This document shows positions 10,957 to 24,180 of a DNA stretch of 64,000 nt, piece after piece. Within the stretch, counting starts at the first letter, position 1. Every line of letters begins with the position of its first letter. Source of the stretch: Glycera tridactyla (taxonomy: Eukaryota); contig OZ286463.1 in assembly GCA_965644265.1 (NCBI GenBank), forward strand, positions 38,502,001 to 38,566,000, given 5' to 3'. The position numbers were made by a program, and so were the translations under genes. The notes below the pieces were generated by a model that worked only from the letters and a program-made list of their open reading frames with translations, made no database searches and had not been told where the DNA came from.

Positions 10957-13900
10957 CTTCCTCCAAGAAAACTCTGGTAATGAAAATCGAATGACTTGTG
11001 TATATACTAGCTAGTTACGTGAACGGAACGTGCTATCGTTTACTCGTCAGTTCTGCAACTACATCTTCTATTCCTTAGACTACGATCAGGACTACTGCCA
11101 GGAGTATTGTTGTTATCAATATTGAATAAACGCTTTCAATCCACAACCAGGGTGATTTTGCCAGAGTAATATTTTCTACCGACAACTTTGACGAAATTGA
11201 CGAAAAAGAAATATTACCGAGATTCTGGATTAGAAACGTTTATTCAATGATGATTTCGTGCTGATGAAACTTTTCACGAATCTGCAACCAATATTGCCGG
11301 CTGAGATATTGGCTAGATACAGAACGACTGAAGATGTGGAATAATTTGCAGCATAAACTGACCTGTCCTCAGAGGAGTTTTAGACAGTGAAGAAAAGAGG
11401 GTCACATATCACTTGTGACGTGGTGCACCTGCAAATGCATATTTAACACTGGTATCGCCGATGATGTTCATCCATTTTCTCTGATTACTGGCCAGTTACA
11501 TATATCTTACCATTTGAAATGGGACGTGAGAGGAGGCGTGTGGAGATAGCTAGGGCATTGACCTATGATGCCGAAATCATTCACGCACCACTGACAGAAA
11601 CATGTAATCTAATCAAGCTAGTTCATAGTCTGAAGGACAAACAAGAAAATCGCAATGATCATTTGAAATGATTAGGGTTACTGGCGAGCTATCGGCCATC
11701 CGGTGATAGCCTGGTATCAGGCGGAGTAGCGCGCGAAACCGGCCTGATATCAACGAAACAAGGTTTTCTTTGAATGGTATTGACCTGGTACCTGCATCCA
11801 ATAGCGAGCGGATACCGACATGATGAGTTGACAGTGATGGTCAAGTATTGAATCGATGCCAACTGTATAAGATGGGTAGCTGGAATGGACACCAAGCCAA
11901 TTTTGACATTTCATACGTTGCTCTGCCTTGTGATATCTCACTCGTTTTGGGTATTTCAAAGAATAACAGTAAGTATGGTCATGAATGAGGCAATCCCAGA
12001 ATGAGTAGACCAGTTTACATAACTAGGAGTATGGCTCGACAGTACACTCAACTTCAATTTCCGCACTGAATACCTGGTTGGTAAGGGCACGAAAACCATC
12101 CATCATAGGCAGGACCAGGAAGTGTATAACGAAGGGCGATACCCTAATGCTATACAGTACTGTGTGATGTGGCGCATGATACTTCGAGCCAATCCATTAC
12201 GCAACATCCCTGAGATGCACCAGAATTTGAAACTTGATTTCACAAACACTCACAAACACATAAATGTCTTCGTACATAGGAGAACACATAACCTAATCCC
12301 ACTCACAATAAATATATATATTCATATATATACTTCTTCGGGGAGGTTTCTCCATAAGACGATATGTTGGAAATACCAATCTCAGCTTATTTTACAGCTG
12401 ACAGACGCTTATGTGTCAGAGGTGGGAGGATTCACAACGGACTGAATAAATACAAACAGGATTCTCCCAGTTCATGAAACGACTCATACAAATATCAAAT
12501 GGTCGACCCGTCAGGTCTGATTGCTGTGAGAGGGTGATTTCATTGAAAAGTAGATATCGCACTGGTCTTGACAAAACCAAGATGTAAATGCTGACATATC
12601 TCGTAGGCTCATTGAGCCCGCTCGGTCTCGTGATCAATATTGCACGCGGGCCTCTAATCACCGCTGATGTTTTTCACTGAGTATTTCAAAAATTGGTATT
12701 ATCTGAATTGTTTCCAGTGATTCAATGTATTCGAACTGAGCCTTTGATTCGCAATTACATCAGAAAAAAGGAAGGATTTGTTTGTGTATACACCTCTAAC
12801 GGCAATACGAATGTTGAAGCCTTTGAAGCCTTGGTGATTCACAGCGAAGTAATCAATGAAGATAATTAGAGAGATCAAGGACCGAAGAAAATATGTTAGA
12901 AACGTATACGTACAGATTCAGGGCAACTGAAACAGGAGACTGGTGACGGTTGGTCTACTCCGACGCCTGGGCCAATCTCCCATTACTGCTACCCCAACTG
13001 GACTGTTGTGAGCCATCTGCTCTCCGCCTGGACACACCACAGTGTGTCTGGAAATTGCCGCTCTGCTCCACTCAAACTGTCACTTTCATCAAACATGGGA
13101 TCAATGAATAGGATGTTCTATAGTCACAATACTGTTGTGGGCGTGGGGATCACGAATAACCTACTCATACTCTGAAAGCCTCATGAAACAGAAATGAACG
13201 GGGTAAGACCACCGAACATTGGCGAACATCCAGTACGCGCTGAGTGAGTCACATAAATTCTTGGACGGATTTGAAATAGCTTGGTCGTGTGGTTTCTGAG
13301 TTATGAGCTGTTTACCTTCTGAAAGATGGCGATTTCCTCCGATGTACCACCGGTTCATCAGCACTGCATGCATAGCTCATCATGTAATAGCATCACTGCC
13401 ATGTGTTAGACGGCCAGGCCATCACGCAAAAGCTCCGTTCTCCACTAAGCATCAACTATCACCTTTCGATGCCCTGGCGTGGGCAGCACAATATGGTACC
13501 TGACATAGCGTTCAGAGATCATTCACACGATTTCAATGAGTTAGTGTAAAAGAGTTGTGTGCCGAAATATGATGTCCCGTGATTTATCCTACATATGATG
13601 TAGATGTCTCCGAAAAATAATCACATGAATAATGATGAGGAGGACAGAGAATACTTTTACTCTCTGCCTCGAGATAGGACTAGTTAGACCTCGTGGAATA
13701 AGGCGTAAATAAATCGGAACCTCAGGCTGACGAAGTTATTGAGGTCGCGCTAGGAGGTGCTTGTTTTTGACAAACTGGCACTTCATATTCTGATAGATAA
13801 AGTAGATCGGGACTCTCAATATTGACCTCAGCCATCATCAGCTCGTTGTTCAGATATGGACTTCATGAAACGAGCTAATTCGAAAATAAGGTAACGAATT

Positions 13901-14474
13901 AGATATATTCGTAATTGTGTGTATACATTCGTAATTGTGTGGAGAGACTGAAAGACAAACCGACAAACCAATAGCTAGATATGATAAATGACTATGAATG
14001 CTTTCAGATATAATTCGGTGCGAGAATGGCAGCATAATCGAAAGGGTGTTCCCAAATGGCGACTATATATGTGTCGCAGGTCTCAAGCAGGTTGTTATTG
14101 GTAAATGAATTAAGGTCAAGCGCCTGAGTGTCAATTTCTAAATTACTAACATATGGTCCAAACATTCTGGTGAAATCCTCAAATTCAGTTTTGAATCATG
14201 ACAATTGGCAGGAGACAGGTCCGATTGTTCCTTACGCCATGAAAAAGGGAATTTGCTTGGTCTGGTCCCACTGGGTCCGAGTGACATCATCATTCAGGTC
14301 GTGATGATCACTAATGGCTTCACAACCCCACCAGCTCTCATTCATCAGGTTTATTCCTCACTTGACTTGGTTAAACTCTGACTCACCGACTGATGGACTC
14401 CGTGACCTCATTACTCATCAACATACTTACTCGCATACATACTCGCGCACACAAGCACGCGAATACACCCACAT

Positions 14475-14779
14475 NNNNNNNNNNNNNNNNNNNNNNNNNN
14501 NNNNNNNNNNNNNNNNNNNNNNNNNNNNNNNNNNNNNNNNNNNNNNNNNNNNNNNNNNNNNNNNNNNNNNNNNNNNNNNNNNNNNNNNNNNNNNNNNNNN
14601 NNNNNNNNNNNNNNNNNNNNNNNNNNNNNNNNNNNNNNNNNNNNNNNNNNNNNNNNNNNNNNNNNNNNNNNNNNNNNNNNNNNNNNNNNNNNNNNNNNNN
14701 NNNNNNNNNNNNNNNNNNNNNNNNNNNNNNNNNNNNNNNNNNNNNNNNNNNNNNNNNNNNNNNNNNNNNNNNNNNNNNN
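14475..14779. other. Assembly gap (305 N)
   Basis: Run of N between CA-rich flanks. Confidence 0.98.
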
Positions 14780-14894
14780 AGCCTACACAGTCAGATTACA
14801 CACTCCTGAACACTCATACGCACATACACTATCCCTAAAGCGACACACATATTATTTGATATGCCTAGCTAATCATTCGGTTTCTTACTCAGTA

Positions 14895-15061
14895 NNNNNN
14901 NNNNNNNNNNNNNNNNNNNNNNNNNNNNNNNNNNNNNNNNNNNNNNNNNNNNNNNNNNNNNNNNNNNNNNNNNNNNNNNNNNNNNNNNNNNNNNNNNNNN
15001 NNNNNNNNNNNNNNNNNNNNNNNNNNNNNNNNNNNNNNNNNNNNNNNNNNNNNNNNNNNNN
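14895..15061. other. Assembly gap (167 N)
   Basis: Run of N followed by TCAG-type simple repeat. Confidence 0.98.
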
Positions 15062-15072
15062 TCAGTCAGTTT

Positions 15073-15290
15073 CTCATTCGTTTGCCCAATCTCTCTCCTT
15101 CTCCCACTCTCCATATGCCTCCCAGTCTGGACGTCCCTCTCATTCGTCCGCCCAATCTCTCTCTCTCTCTCCCTCTCCCACTCTCCATATGCCTCCCAGT
15201 CTGGACGTCCCTCTCATTCGTCCGCCCAATCTCTCTCTCTCTCTCTCCCTCTCCCACTCTCCATATGCCTCCCAGTCTGGACATCCCTCT
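15073..15290. repeat. Tandem repeat of about 66-76 bp, 3 copies, each with an internal variable (CT)n tract
   Basis: CTCATTCGTCCGCCCAAT-(CT)n-CCCTCTCCCACTCTCCATATGCCTCCCAGTCTGGACGTCCCT occurs three times. Confidence 0.92.
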
Positions 15291-15877
15291 CTAGGAGCTC
15301 TATCGAATCTTCAACTGATCAGCCTTTCAAATGGATGGTTTCGAAGTTGAGCTGCACCGCCATTTAGAATTAATAGAGTTGCTTCTCACACACGGGGCTA
15401 ATGCGGCTGATCGCGTGGGACGGCCAGTCTGATTGCAATTGGACTAATTTGATTGCCGGATACTAGATTCTGTGTTAGCCGTCAACTCATTAATTGCTAT
15501 AATTCGTTTTCCGAGCCACATGGGATGCTGGAATCTAATCTATTTGCGGGTGGGCATCTTGTCGCATGTTGGAGCGTTTCAAGTAGCACTCTGAGTGGAG
15601 TATGAACTCAAGGATGAGCCAATACATCGGACCATCATCGTCTTAACTATTTCTATTCACTTGCCTTTTACCAACAGATCAAAAAAAATATATTTACATC
15701 TTCTGCGCTTCGGTTGACCTTTCGTGAAGTACGCACTCGTCTGTCCTCAAATCATTTTGTGACTTTCATCCTGAGTTGTTGGACCCGAGGCTGTTATGAA
15801 ACTCAATATTATACTGACGACAGATTGCTAAAAAAATGATAATCAGTACATTCATCCTGTACTATCTCGTCGAACAA

Positions 15878-16962
15878 TGTAGAGCCGCAAAATGATACCA
15901 TAATGCAAAATGATACCGGCGTCTTTTTGCGTTACGGCATAAATTTGCGGCAGCTATACCTACCACGCAATGATGCCGAACCAGCGTCATTTTGTGATAC
16001 GTCATTTTGCGGCAGCTATACCTACCACGGATGATGCCGAACCAGCGTCATTTTGCGATACGTCATTTTGCGGCAGCTATACCTACCACGGATGATGCCG
16101 AACCAGCGTCATTTTGCTTTGTGGCATCAATTTGCGGCAGCTATACCTACCCCGGATGATGCCGAATCGGCGTCATTTTGCGTTATGGCATAATTTTGCA
16201 GCAGCTGTACCCACCACGCGATGATGCCGAACCATCGTCATTTGCATTACAGCAAAATTTTGCAGCAGCTGTACCTACCATGCAATGATGCCGAACCGGC
16301 GTCATTTTGCGTTATGGCATAATTTTGCGGCGGCTATAGCTACCACGCAATGATGCCGAAGCGGCGTCATTTTACGTCACAGCATCATTTTGCGGCAGCT
16401 GTACCTAACGCAAAAAGATGACAAACGCAGAATGGTGCCGAGGGGTTCACACAGCCATTTATAGTCCCCTGCCCATGAAGATGATGATGACAATCTGTCT
16501 GACTATCTGTTTGTCTGCCCCTCTCTCTCTTCTCTCTCTCACACACACTCTTTCCCTCTGCCTCACACACACGGCGGATTCGATGGCGGATCGTTAGTAG
16601 TGAGAGGACGTCTGTATAAAATGGGCCTAGTTAACCACCCACTCAACCACCCAACTAACCACCTATCCAACCAGCCAACCATCTAACCTCACAACCGACC
16701 AACCAACCAACTACCCACCCAACCAACCACCCCTCCAACCACGTCGTCATCATGATCATGAGTAGGAGACTGTAAATGGCTGTGTGAACCCCCAGGCATC
16801 ATTTTGTCTTGCGGTAGGTGCAGTTGCCGCAAAATGATGCCAAAAACGCATCAACAACGTCGTAGTCGTCGTCGTCACCGCCGCCGCCGACGCCACCATC
16901 AAGGTGGTTCTGTGAACCTCCCGGCATCATTTTGCGTTTTGGCATCATTTTGCGGCTCTACA
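15878..16962. mobile_element. Non-autonomous TIR (MITE/foldback-like) DNA transposon, about 1.08 kb, with an internal 61-65 bp tandem array; superfamily uncertain (hAT-like termini)
   Basis: Left end TGTAGAGCCGCAAAATGATACCATAATGCAAAATGATACCGG. Reverse complement of the right end TGTAGAGCCGCAAAATGATGCCAAAACGCAAAATGATGCCGG (42-bp TIR, few mismatches). Flanks share AACAAT, or GAACAATG/CAACAATG (7/8) if the element is TAG...CTA. No coding capacity. Confidence 0.9.
15925..16410. repeat. Eight-copy 61-65 bp tandem array inside the TIR element
   Basis: The GC(G/A)GC(A/G)GCT(A/G)TA core recurs at 15947, 16009, 16070, 16134, 16198, 16262, 16327 and 16392. Units carry TGATGCCG and CGTCATTTTGC, which are copies of the TIR motif. 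Confidence 0.93.
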
Positions 16963-17679
16963 ACAATGAGCCGCTCCACCTGACTGTGCTCGCTAAAATA
17001 TACAGCAATCCCTGGTGTGTGTCTTGAGAGAACGACTAGAGACAATGGCCAGCTAGTAATGTACAAAAACCACATGTTTTATTCTCGTTGCACATGGTAG
17101 AAAAGTGGAAAAGAGTGTTTCGGAAATGAGATTTACTTGAGAGTAAGCATGCCAGCTCACATGAGGTATACATCAGCATGTTCGCAGTGAATTACAAGCT
17201 CATTAGATATAGATTTGTCGCGACTGCAGTTTACATATGAAATTTCTTTTTTCCTAGCATCGAGAATTTTTCGAGACTACTGGCCTGGTTACTAAAGTTG
17301 TTCGATTTCTCCCGAGATCGAGAAATATGCATTTGAAAAACCAAGCAATATCATACTCAGCATAATTTCCATCCTATCTGGTACTCAAGTATTGACCTTC
17401 ACTCAGCCGAATCCAATAACGTGACTGAATGTACATGTATCTCATGGTGGAGATGTAGGATGAGCGCATTATACTTCGATGAAATCACCCAGTAAGCGGC
17501 GATTTCTTCGATTAGTCCCATCTATAGAGTGAATAGGTACTCCCCAAGTTTAAAGGGTTATCTGTCTAAATCCAAAATTACTCTAGATGAGCACAAACCA
17601 CCTCTCCTCAAAAACAAATTCCTTCAAGCAAAAATGTATTCCTTGATATCGCATGCATATTCTGATGTACGTTAGTCCC

Positions 17680-18150
17680 AGAAGGCTGACGTGATCTTCA
17701 TTTAATCCATCTTCAAGAAGTACAAAATTATCTCACGTCATTGTGTATCTAACCTCTCTCGCACAATTCACTGGGAACAGAGAGTATAAATACATTATTT
17801 CATGTAGATTATCTGATGCGTGTCACACTGTTCAGGATCCCCTTTGTTGAGCAGACCTCACAGCAAATTGAACCATACTGACAGCTTATGACTTTGATAC
17901 GCAGTTGACCTAATGTATTTTCTTGGGTTTTCTTTTAGTATAGCTCATCTCATCACATTCTGGGTATATTAGGGGGAGTTCATGAATATGCTCACGAGAT
18001 GTTTGTTGATTACTTCATCACCGTTGCATCGACTACGTGTCTACCGAATCATGGTTCGTTGCTGGAAGATCGGATCTGTTTGAGGGAAATCAGTTCAACA
18101 TACTGGCCACATTCTGTGGGTTGACAATATCAACTCAAGGATCACGAGTA
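17680..18150 (+). mobile_element. Possible highly decayed CR1/L2-type RT N-terminal region
   Basis: Ordered degenerate motifs KADV..IFKK (17682-17720), YFLGFS (~17916; cf. FLDFSKAFD), IRG (~17970) and QGS (~18136). Many stops, and spacing is only approximate. Confidence 0.3.
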
Positions 18151-18885
18151 CATATTGCTATGTGGACTTAACCTTAATGAAAGTGAAACGGACGTCAGAT
18201 CATAATCTGGAAGCGTGATAAGTTTTTCGACTGTCATGACATGTAACCAGATAGGAGAGAATCATATCGCGCATCAGCAAGATACAGGAATAGGAATCAG
18301 GTGTTTTCGTTATATGTTACTAACCTAATCCAGCATTTTGATTTCAATTTGGTTGCCCGAGCGATCCAATCGTCATCCGTGGTCATATCGGCATCCGAGT
18401 CTTTCAAAGTCTCCAAATACACACACGCGCACGCGGTGATCTACCCCTTTTCTGGCCTTTAATTCATGAGACATACACAATTGATGAAGATTCCCACACA
18501 CAGAATGATCATCAGAAACGCAGCTCGCACTTGTGTCTGGTAGCGCCGGTGGGAGGTATTCGGATTTGAGAATTCATCATTCATTTATTGAATGCACGAT
18601 AAAAACTCAGTGAAACTTATTCTTCCGAAATATGTGGAGTCGAACAATGATACATGCTTTAGTGTCAGCTTGGTCTCACAGCCAAAACGATGTTGAAAAT
18701 TGTTGGTCATCCGCCAAACTGTCACATAACCTAATCGATTTGGGGTATTCCTGGTCGGTGGTTCTCCATACTGAGTCATGCCTGAAATCACATTTTCGAG
18801 TGAGTGATCACGTATGCGATAAGCACTCAGATTCATCGATATATGATGTCAACTGAGACAGACAGAACTCTCGAGCCTCGAATAG

Positions 18886-19014
18886 NNNNNNNNNNNNNNN
18901 NNNNNNNNNNNNNNNNNNNNNNNNNNNNNNNNNNNNNNNNNNNNNNNNNNNNNNNNNNNNNNNNNNNNNNNNNNNNNNNNNNNNNNNNNNNNNNNNNNNN
19001 NNNNNNNNNNNNNN
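18886..19014. other. Assembly gap (129 N) followed by GA/G runs
   Basis: Run of N. Confidence 0.98.
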
Positions 19015-20194
19015 GAGAGAGGGGGGGGGGGGGGAAAGAGATGGGGAGATAGGAAGTGAAAGAGCCGGATAGACGAGCACACAGACTGACGTAGCTGCTG
19101 CTGTGGCGGTGTTAGTGGTGACGAAAGTGATGCCGGTGGCGGTGAGAATGGTGTCGATGGTGGGGATTATGGTTGCGTTGGTGTCGGTGGCGGGATGCTT
19201 AATGTGGTGATGACCATGGTTGCCGTCTCCCGTCTCTCCCTATCTATATCTTATACTCACACTCAATCATTCTCGCTCAGTCTCTCTCTCCCTCTTCCAT
19301 TCGTCCGATGAACCATCATTCCCACATAATCGAAGAGATATTGAGGCTGTCCCTAATCTGTAAGATAGATTTCTTCAACCAGAATTCTATAGGAAAAAAT
19401 AGATGAAGTATTCACTTGCTTCCCCGAGCCGCATTGTTAGGTGATGAGTCCATTGTTGTGTTGAAGGCATTATTTCTAGATAATTAGCACTGCCACATTC
19501 TCTTCACGCGCCGGGTAGTCCCATGATTGTGTGACTTTGTCGAGTAATCAACCATTCACAATGTCTGCCTAGATTGTCTGTATCGCTTACAAGGAATCTG
19601 GGCTTGCTTAACAAAAACGTTCTGTTGTGTGTCTCTGAGATTCCCATGAAGCGAGAAAAACAACTGTCCTAGTCAATTTGCATTCAACACGAAAGTCGAC
19701 ATTTTCTCCTCTCCTTTTAGGGAACAATTTATCAAGCCCTCCTAGATGAGACGATCACCGAGGTTTGATACCCGCCGCGAAACCATTACCAACATCCGAC
19801 CAACTCACTATCCAACCAACTAACCTTCTCATCACTCTCCGATGGGATACCACTGGTGACGACGACGACGACGACGACTATGACATTGACCATAACAATG
19901 ATGATATGAATAGTCTGGGAGGCATCCTGATAAAGTACTCCGAAATGATGATAACTTCCTGTCTCGCTGCACTGGTGCCATCACTCTTTCCCGGTATGGT
20001 CAGCATACACGTTAATTAAATACTTTGAAATTGCCCCCCTGGTGAACTATGTACTGCAATAAATAGCATAGATCCTTCACTCGTGGTCTGTATTCCTGGC
20101 TATGGTGGTCTCTATTTTGGAAATAAAATGTGCTTGCCCACAAGTGAGAGCTAAAATATTCGGTCTGGTGATCCGGAAATGTGATGGATGAAGT

Positions 20195-20571
20195 GTCCAT
20201 GACTATATAAGTTGGTACTTTGACTTGCCTTCACAAGGTTCAGGAGGAACATAGGCCATTACAGATGCCAATTTCAATATACTTGTGTAATAGAGTTTTT
20301 ATTGATTATGTGTTAAAATCTGCGTTCGTGACATGTAGCAATTACTACCATACTCTGCTTTAAATCACAAGCCTGAACCTGACTTGACATTCGAGTAAAT
20401 TCTTGGATTCGAGTCGGAGGAGATGTGGCGATGAGTATACGTGTTTTGAATAAAGCATATTGCGATGTGTTGTTCCTTTGGATCCGGCATTGTCTGCAGT
20501 GTATCGGATTTGTGAGTTGATGTGGTTGACTTCGATTGTAAAACACGGACGTTGTTCAGTACAATATATAA
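20195..20571 (-). mobile_element. Decayed apurinic-type endonuclease domain of a non-LTR retrotransposon (RTE-like)
   Basis: One minus-strand frame with two stops reads LYIVLNNVRVL...HIAICFIQNT...SGSG...MAYVPP...IVMD. This is the order of the APE motifs NVRTL / IDIC.IQET / GVG / AYAP / IVMGD. Confidence 0.5.
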
Positions 20572-21399
20572 GTTGGTCTTATGGGTTGACTTCCTTGATT
20601 TTCAGACTGTCCTCTTCTCACATTCCATCAAAATCCTGGGGCTCATGGGTTCACTATCCACTGTATACCATTGGAATATGTTAATGAGGCCGAGCAAATA
20701 CGATACGCATTATCATAATGTTTAGGAAAGTCAATAATGTTGGATTCAACATGCTGATACACTGAAGAAACTAAGAAAGGTTTTCTGCCGAGCCAAGAGG
20801 TATTCATGTTCGAAGGAAGTGGGTATGTTGGCCTGCAGTGGCCCCTATCCTGGTCCTTGCACCCAGGGCGAGCCAGGTTCATTATCTACATGGGTCATGT
20901 CCGTGATAGAGACAGGATAGAGGACGGTCTGAGACAAAGGTCAGACAGTCTACGAAACAACATATAGATGGTGATCACAGCATACTTGTGTCGTTACCCT
21001 AATGATTATGTGTTACATGAGTTAAGGGTGAAAAAACATGTGACCCGATCATAACTGAAGGTTCGGTGATAGAACAAGAGTGGCCTATTATACATAATGG
21101 GTGGGCATTGTGAGAGATCATCGGTTGCACGCAGGAATCTTTCCTGTACGGTCAAGGAGCTTCATTCGCATATTCAGAACTGATTGACCATGAATATTTG
21201 ATCTGGTGATCTTCATTAGGTTGGGTTTTGACCCGAAGGTCGAGTTATATGCACTTACAACAGCATATGATCACGATAAGGGAGATAAATGATCACAATG
21301 AGTACAAAGAAAAGTACATTAGGTAAATAAATCATGATAGCGGGGATGCATGAGCATTCCTGAGAAAAACATGTGCTTTTACCGCACAACTCAACAAAT

Positions 21400-22588
21400 T
21401 GCGGATCCGAGTACATGGCTGAAGAGACATTAAGCATCACTCAATCAGTCATTCACCCCGAGAAACAATCGAAAATGAGCCCAATTTCACTTCACTCAAA
21501 TTATATCACACATACGTCCCATCTATTTTCTTCACTGGCCCTCTTGGCCAGCTGACTCTATCTGATTCTAGGAAGAACACTGCAAAAATCAGGAAGGAGC
21601 TCAACTATGACCTGGAGCTCGCTCTTCGCTGGTTCAAAGAGCTCGAGTCATCGGTCAACCATCCCAAATCCTATACCATATTTTTTGAACCAGAATAACG
21701 TCTCAGAGCGAATGACCGAGAAAGAATACTTTATGGCAACCATGAAATTGCACAGTTGGTCAGATATGAATACTCGAGGGTGTACTTAGACCAAGAAGTG
21801 ACTTCCGAACATCACATAGAATATCCAAAGAAGGTGAATTTCAGATTGATTTCACATGAGACCCTCTAACACAGAATAATTGACAGTTTTTACCTATCAC
21901 ATTCTGATCCAACCGACTTCTACCTTTTTATACTATGTATACGACATCTGTTCATCTAAAGCTAGTTCGTGTCTCTCAGTAGCCCGAAACAGATACAGAA
22001 GTATATCGAGCCATAAAAGATAACGCCTGGAAATGACTCTATATGTTCCGCTTCAAAACATGTACGAATGTAAGCTTGCAAATCACAGGCTCAAAAAGTG
22101 TTTTAGAAAAGGATTTAGTCGTTCCGAAAAATGAGCTTCACTTTGCTGACCGGAACTCACGACATCGAGGAGCGGCTCTTTGTGAATCTACTTAACAGAG
22201 CCTCGAAGCATCAAACAGTGTGAACGCACATAAAAGGAAATTGGAAATCAGAAGAAACCAAACGTCAGCACAACCACGACCTAGTATATATGAATGAAAT
22301 CTGATGATCATGTTAATTACGAAATATCACCCAACTCTGTCGAGGATTCGTTATAGAAATCTTCAAATATTTATTGCTCACAGATGATGAAATTATTTTT
22401 TTCTCTGTTTTATATAATTATATTTGATACATTTTCATATAGTTTTCTTTTGCCCTTATTTGGTACTGCTGCTATTTTATGAGTGAATTACCTGTATGGG
22501 TGCATAAGGATGTGATATGACCCTCGAGTTTTTTTCTGTGTTTTTTTTAATCTTATGAAAGATTCTTTTTTTAGGTGACCATCACTCA
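21400..22588 (+). mobile_element. 5'-truncated decayed L2/CR1(Crack)-type LINE: RT C-terminal half, ORF2 end and 3' UTR
   Basis: From 21567: KELNYDLELALRWFKELESSVNHPKSYTIFF...IAQLVRYEYSRVYLDQEVTSEHHIEY (cf. LN.DL...WF..N.L.LN..KT..I.F and KYLGV.LD..L...HI). Then YHILIQP..LYY...ARNRYRSI. At 22112: DLVVPKNELHFADRNSRHRGAALCEST*QSLEASNSVNAHKRKLE (cf. L.VP......F.YRGA.LWN.LP......S...FK.KL). Confidence 0.75.
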
Positions 22589-23800
22589 CTCTTTGTGAAT
22601 CTACTTAACAGAGCCTCGAAGCATCAAACAGTGTGAACGCACATAAAAGGAAATTGGAAATCAGAAGAAACCAAACGTCAGCACAACCACGACCTAGTAT
22701 ATATGAATGAAATCTGATGATCATGTTAATTACGAAATATCACCCAACTCTGTCGAGGATTCGTTATAGAAATCTTCAAATATTTATTGCTCAGAGATAA
22801 TGAAATTATTTTTTTCTCTGTTTTATATAATTATATTGGATACATTTTTATATAGTTTTCTTTTGCCCTTATTTGGTACTGCTGCTATTTTATGAGTGAA
22901 TTACCTGTATGGGTGCATAAGGATGTTATATGACCCTCGAGTTTTTTTGTGTTTTTTTTTTAATCTTATGAAAGATTCTTTTTTCAGGTGACCATCACTC
23001 ACTCTTTGTGAATCTACTTAACAGAGCATTGAAGCATCAAAGAGTGTGAACGCACATAAAAGGAAATTGGAAATCAGAAGAAACCAAACGTCAGCACAAC
23101 CACGACCTAGTATATATGAATGAAGTCTGATGATCATGTTAATTACGAAATATCACCCAACTCTGTTGAGAACTCGTTATAGAAATCTTCAAATATTTAT
23201 TGCTCACAGATAATGAAATTATTTTTTTCTCTGTTTTATATGATTATATTGGATAAGTTTTATATAGTTTTCTCTTGCCCTTATTTGGTATTGCTGCTAT
23301 TTTATGAGTGAATTACCTGTATGGGTGCATAAGGATGTGATATGACCCTCGAGTTTTTTTGTGTTTTTCTTTCAATCTTATGAAAGATTCTTTTTTCAGG
23401 TGACCATCACTCACTCTTTGTGAATCTACTTAACAGAGCATTGAAGCATCAAAGAGTGTGAACGCACATAAAAGGAAATTGGAAATCAGAAGAAACCAAA
23501 CGTCAGCACAACCACGACCTAGTATATATGAATGAAGTCTGATGATCATGTTAATTACGAAATATCACCCAACTCTGTCGAGAACTCGTTATGAAATCTT
23601 CAAATATTTATTGCTCACAGATACTGAAATTATTTTTTTCTCTGTTTTATATGATTATATTGGATAAATTTTATATAGTTTTCTCTTGCCCTTATTTGGT
23701 ATTGCTGCTATTTTATGAGTGAATTACCTGTATGTATGCATAAAAATGTTATATGACCCTCAAGGTTTTCTGGGAATATTTTGAATCTTATACAAGATTC
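22176..23800. repeat. Tandem array of four 412-413 bp units (LINE ORF2 end plus 3' UTR)
   Basis: CTCTTTGTGAATCTACTTAACAGAGC starts at 22176, 22589, 23002 and 23414. Units are highly similar, and the fourth ends differently at about 23800. Confidence 0.97.
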
Positions 23801-24180
23801 TTTCTTATACTATCTTATTCGATATCATACTTACATATACGCTGGATATCCGATTGAAGTCTTGCGATTAATTCAAATGAGGGCTGGCAATATATATTCA
23901 CTCTTATACATCAGCTGTCATATAGGAATCGACTGGAGCATGCGTCTATCTGGCTTCTAATTGTCTGTCATGACATCATGACGAATTGGAGTTTCGAATA
24001 AGTGCTATATAATGCTGGTAGCCACCACGCAATCTGACCTCGGTCAGGCAACAAACAGACCTAGCATGGGTATATTAGGCGAATTCTGAGTCCATTCCGC
24101 TGTATCATGGTCAGTGTTGCTGCCTGTAGCCTTATCCTTCTATTAGTTGGTCTTGATTTCAATCGAGATTCCAGACTTAC

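Noticed and set aside
12920-13170. GC-richer stretch open in one plus frame (GDGWSTPTPGPISHYCYPNW), vaguely sushi-like
   Set aside because: No convincing splice sites and no complete cysteine pattern.
22570-22700. Exon-like segment in each 413-bp unit (TTTTTCAG|GTGACC...)
   Set aside because: All three frames hit stops soon after the AG, and the unit is explained as LINE ORF2 end plus 3' UTR.
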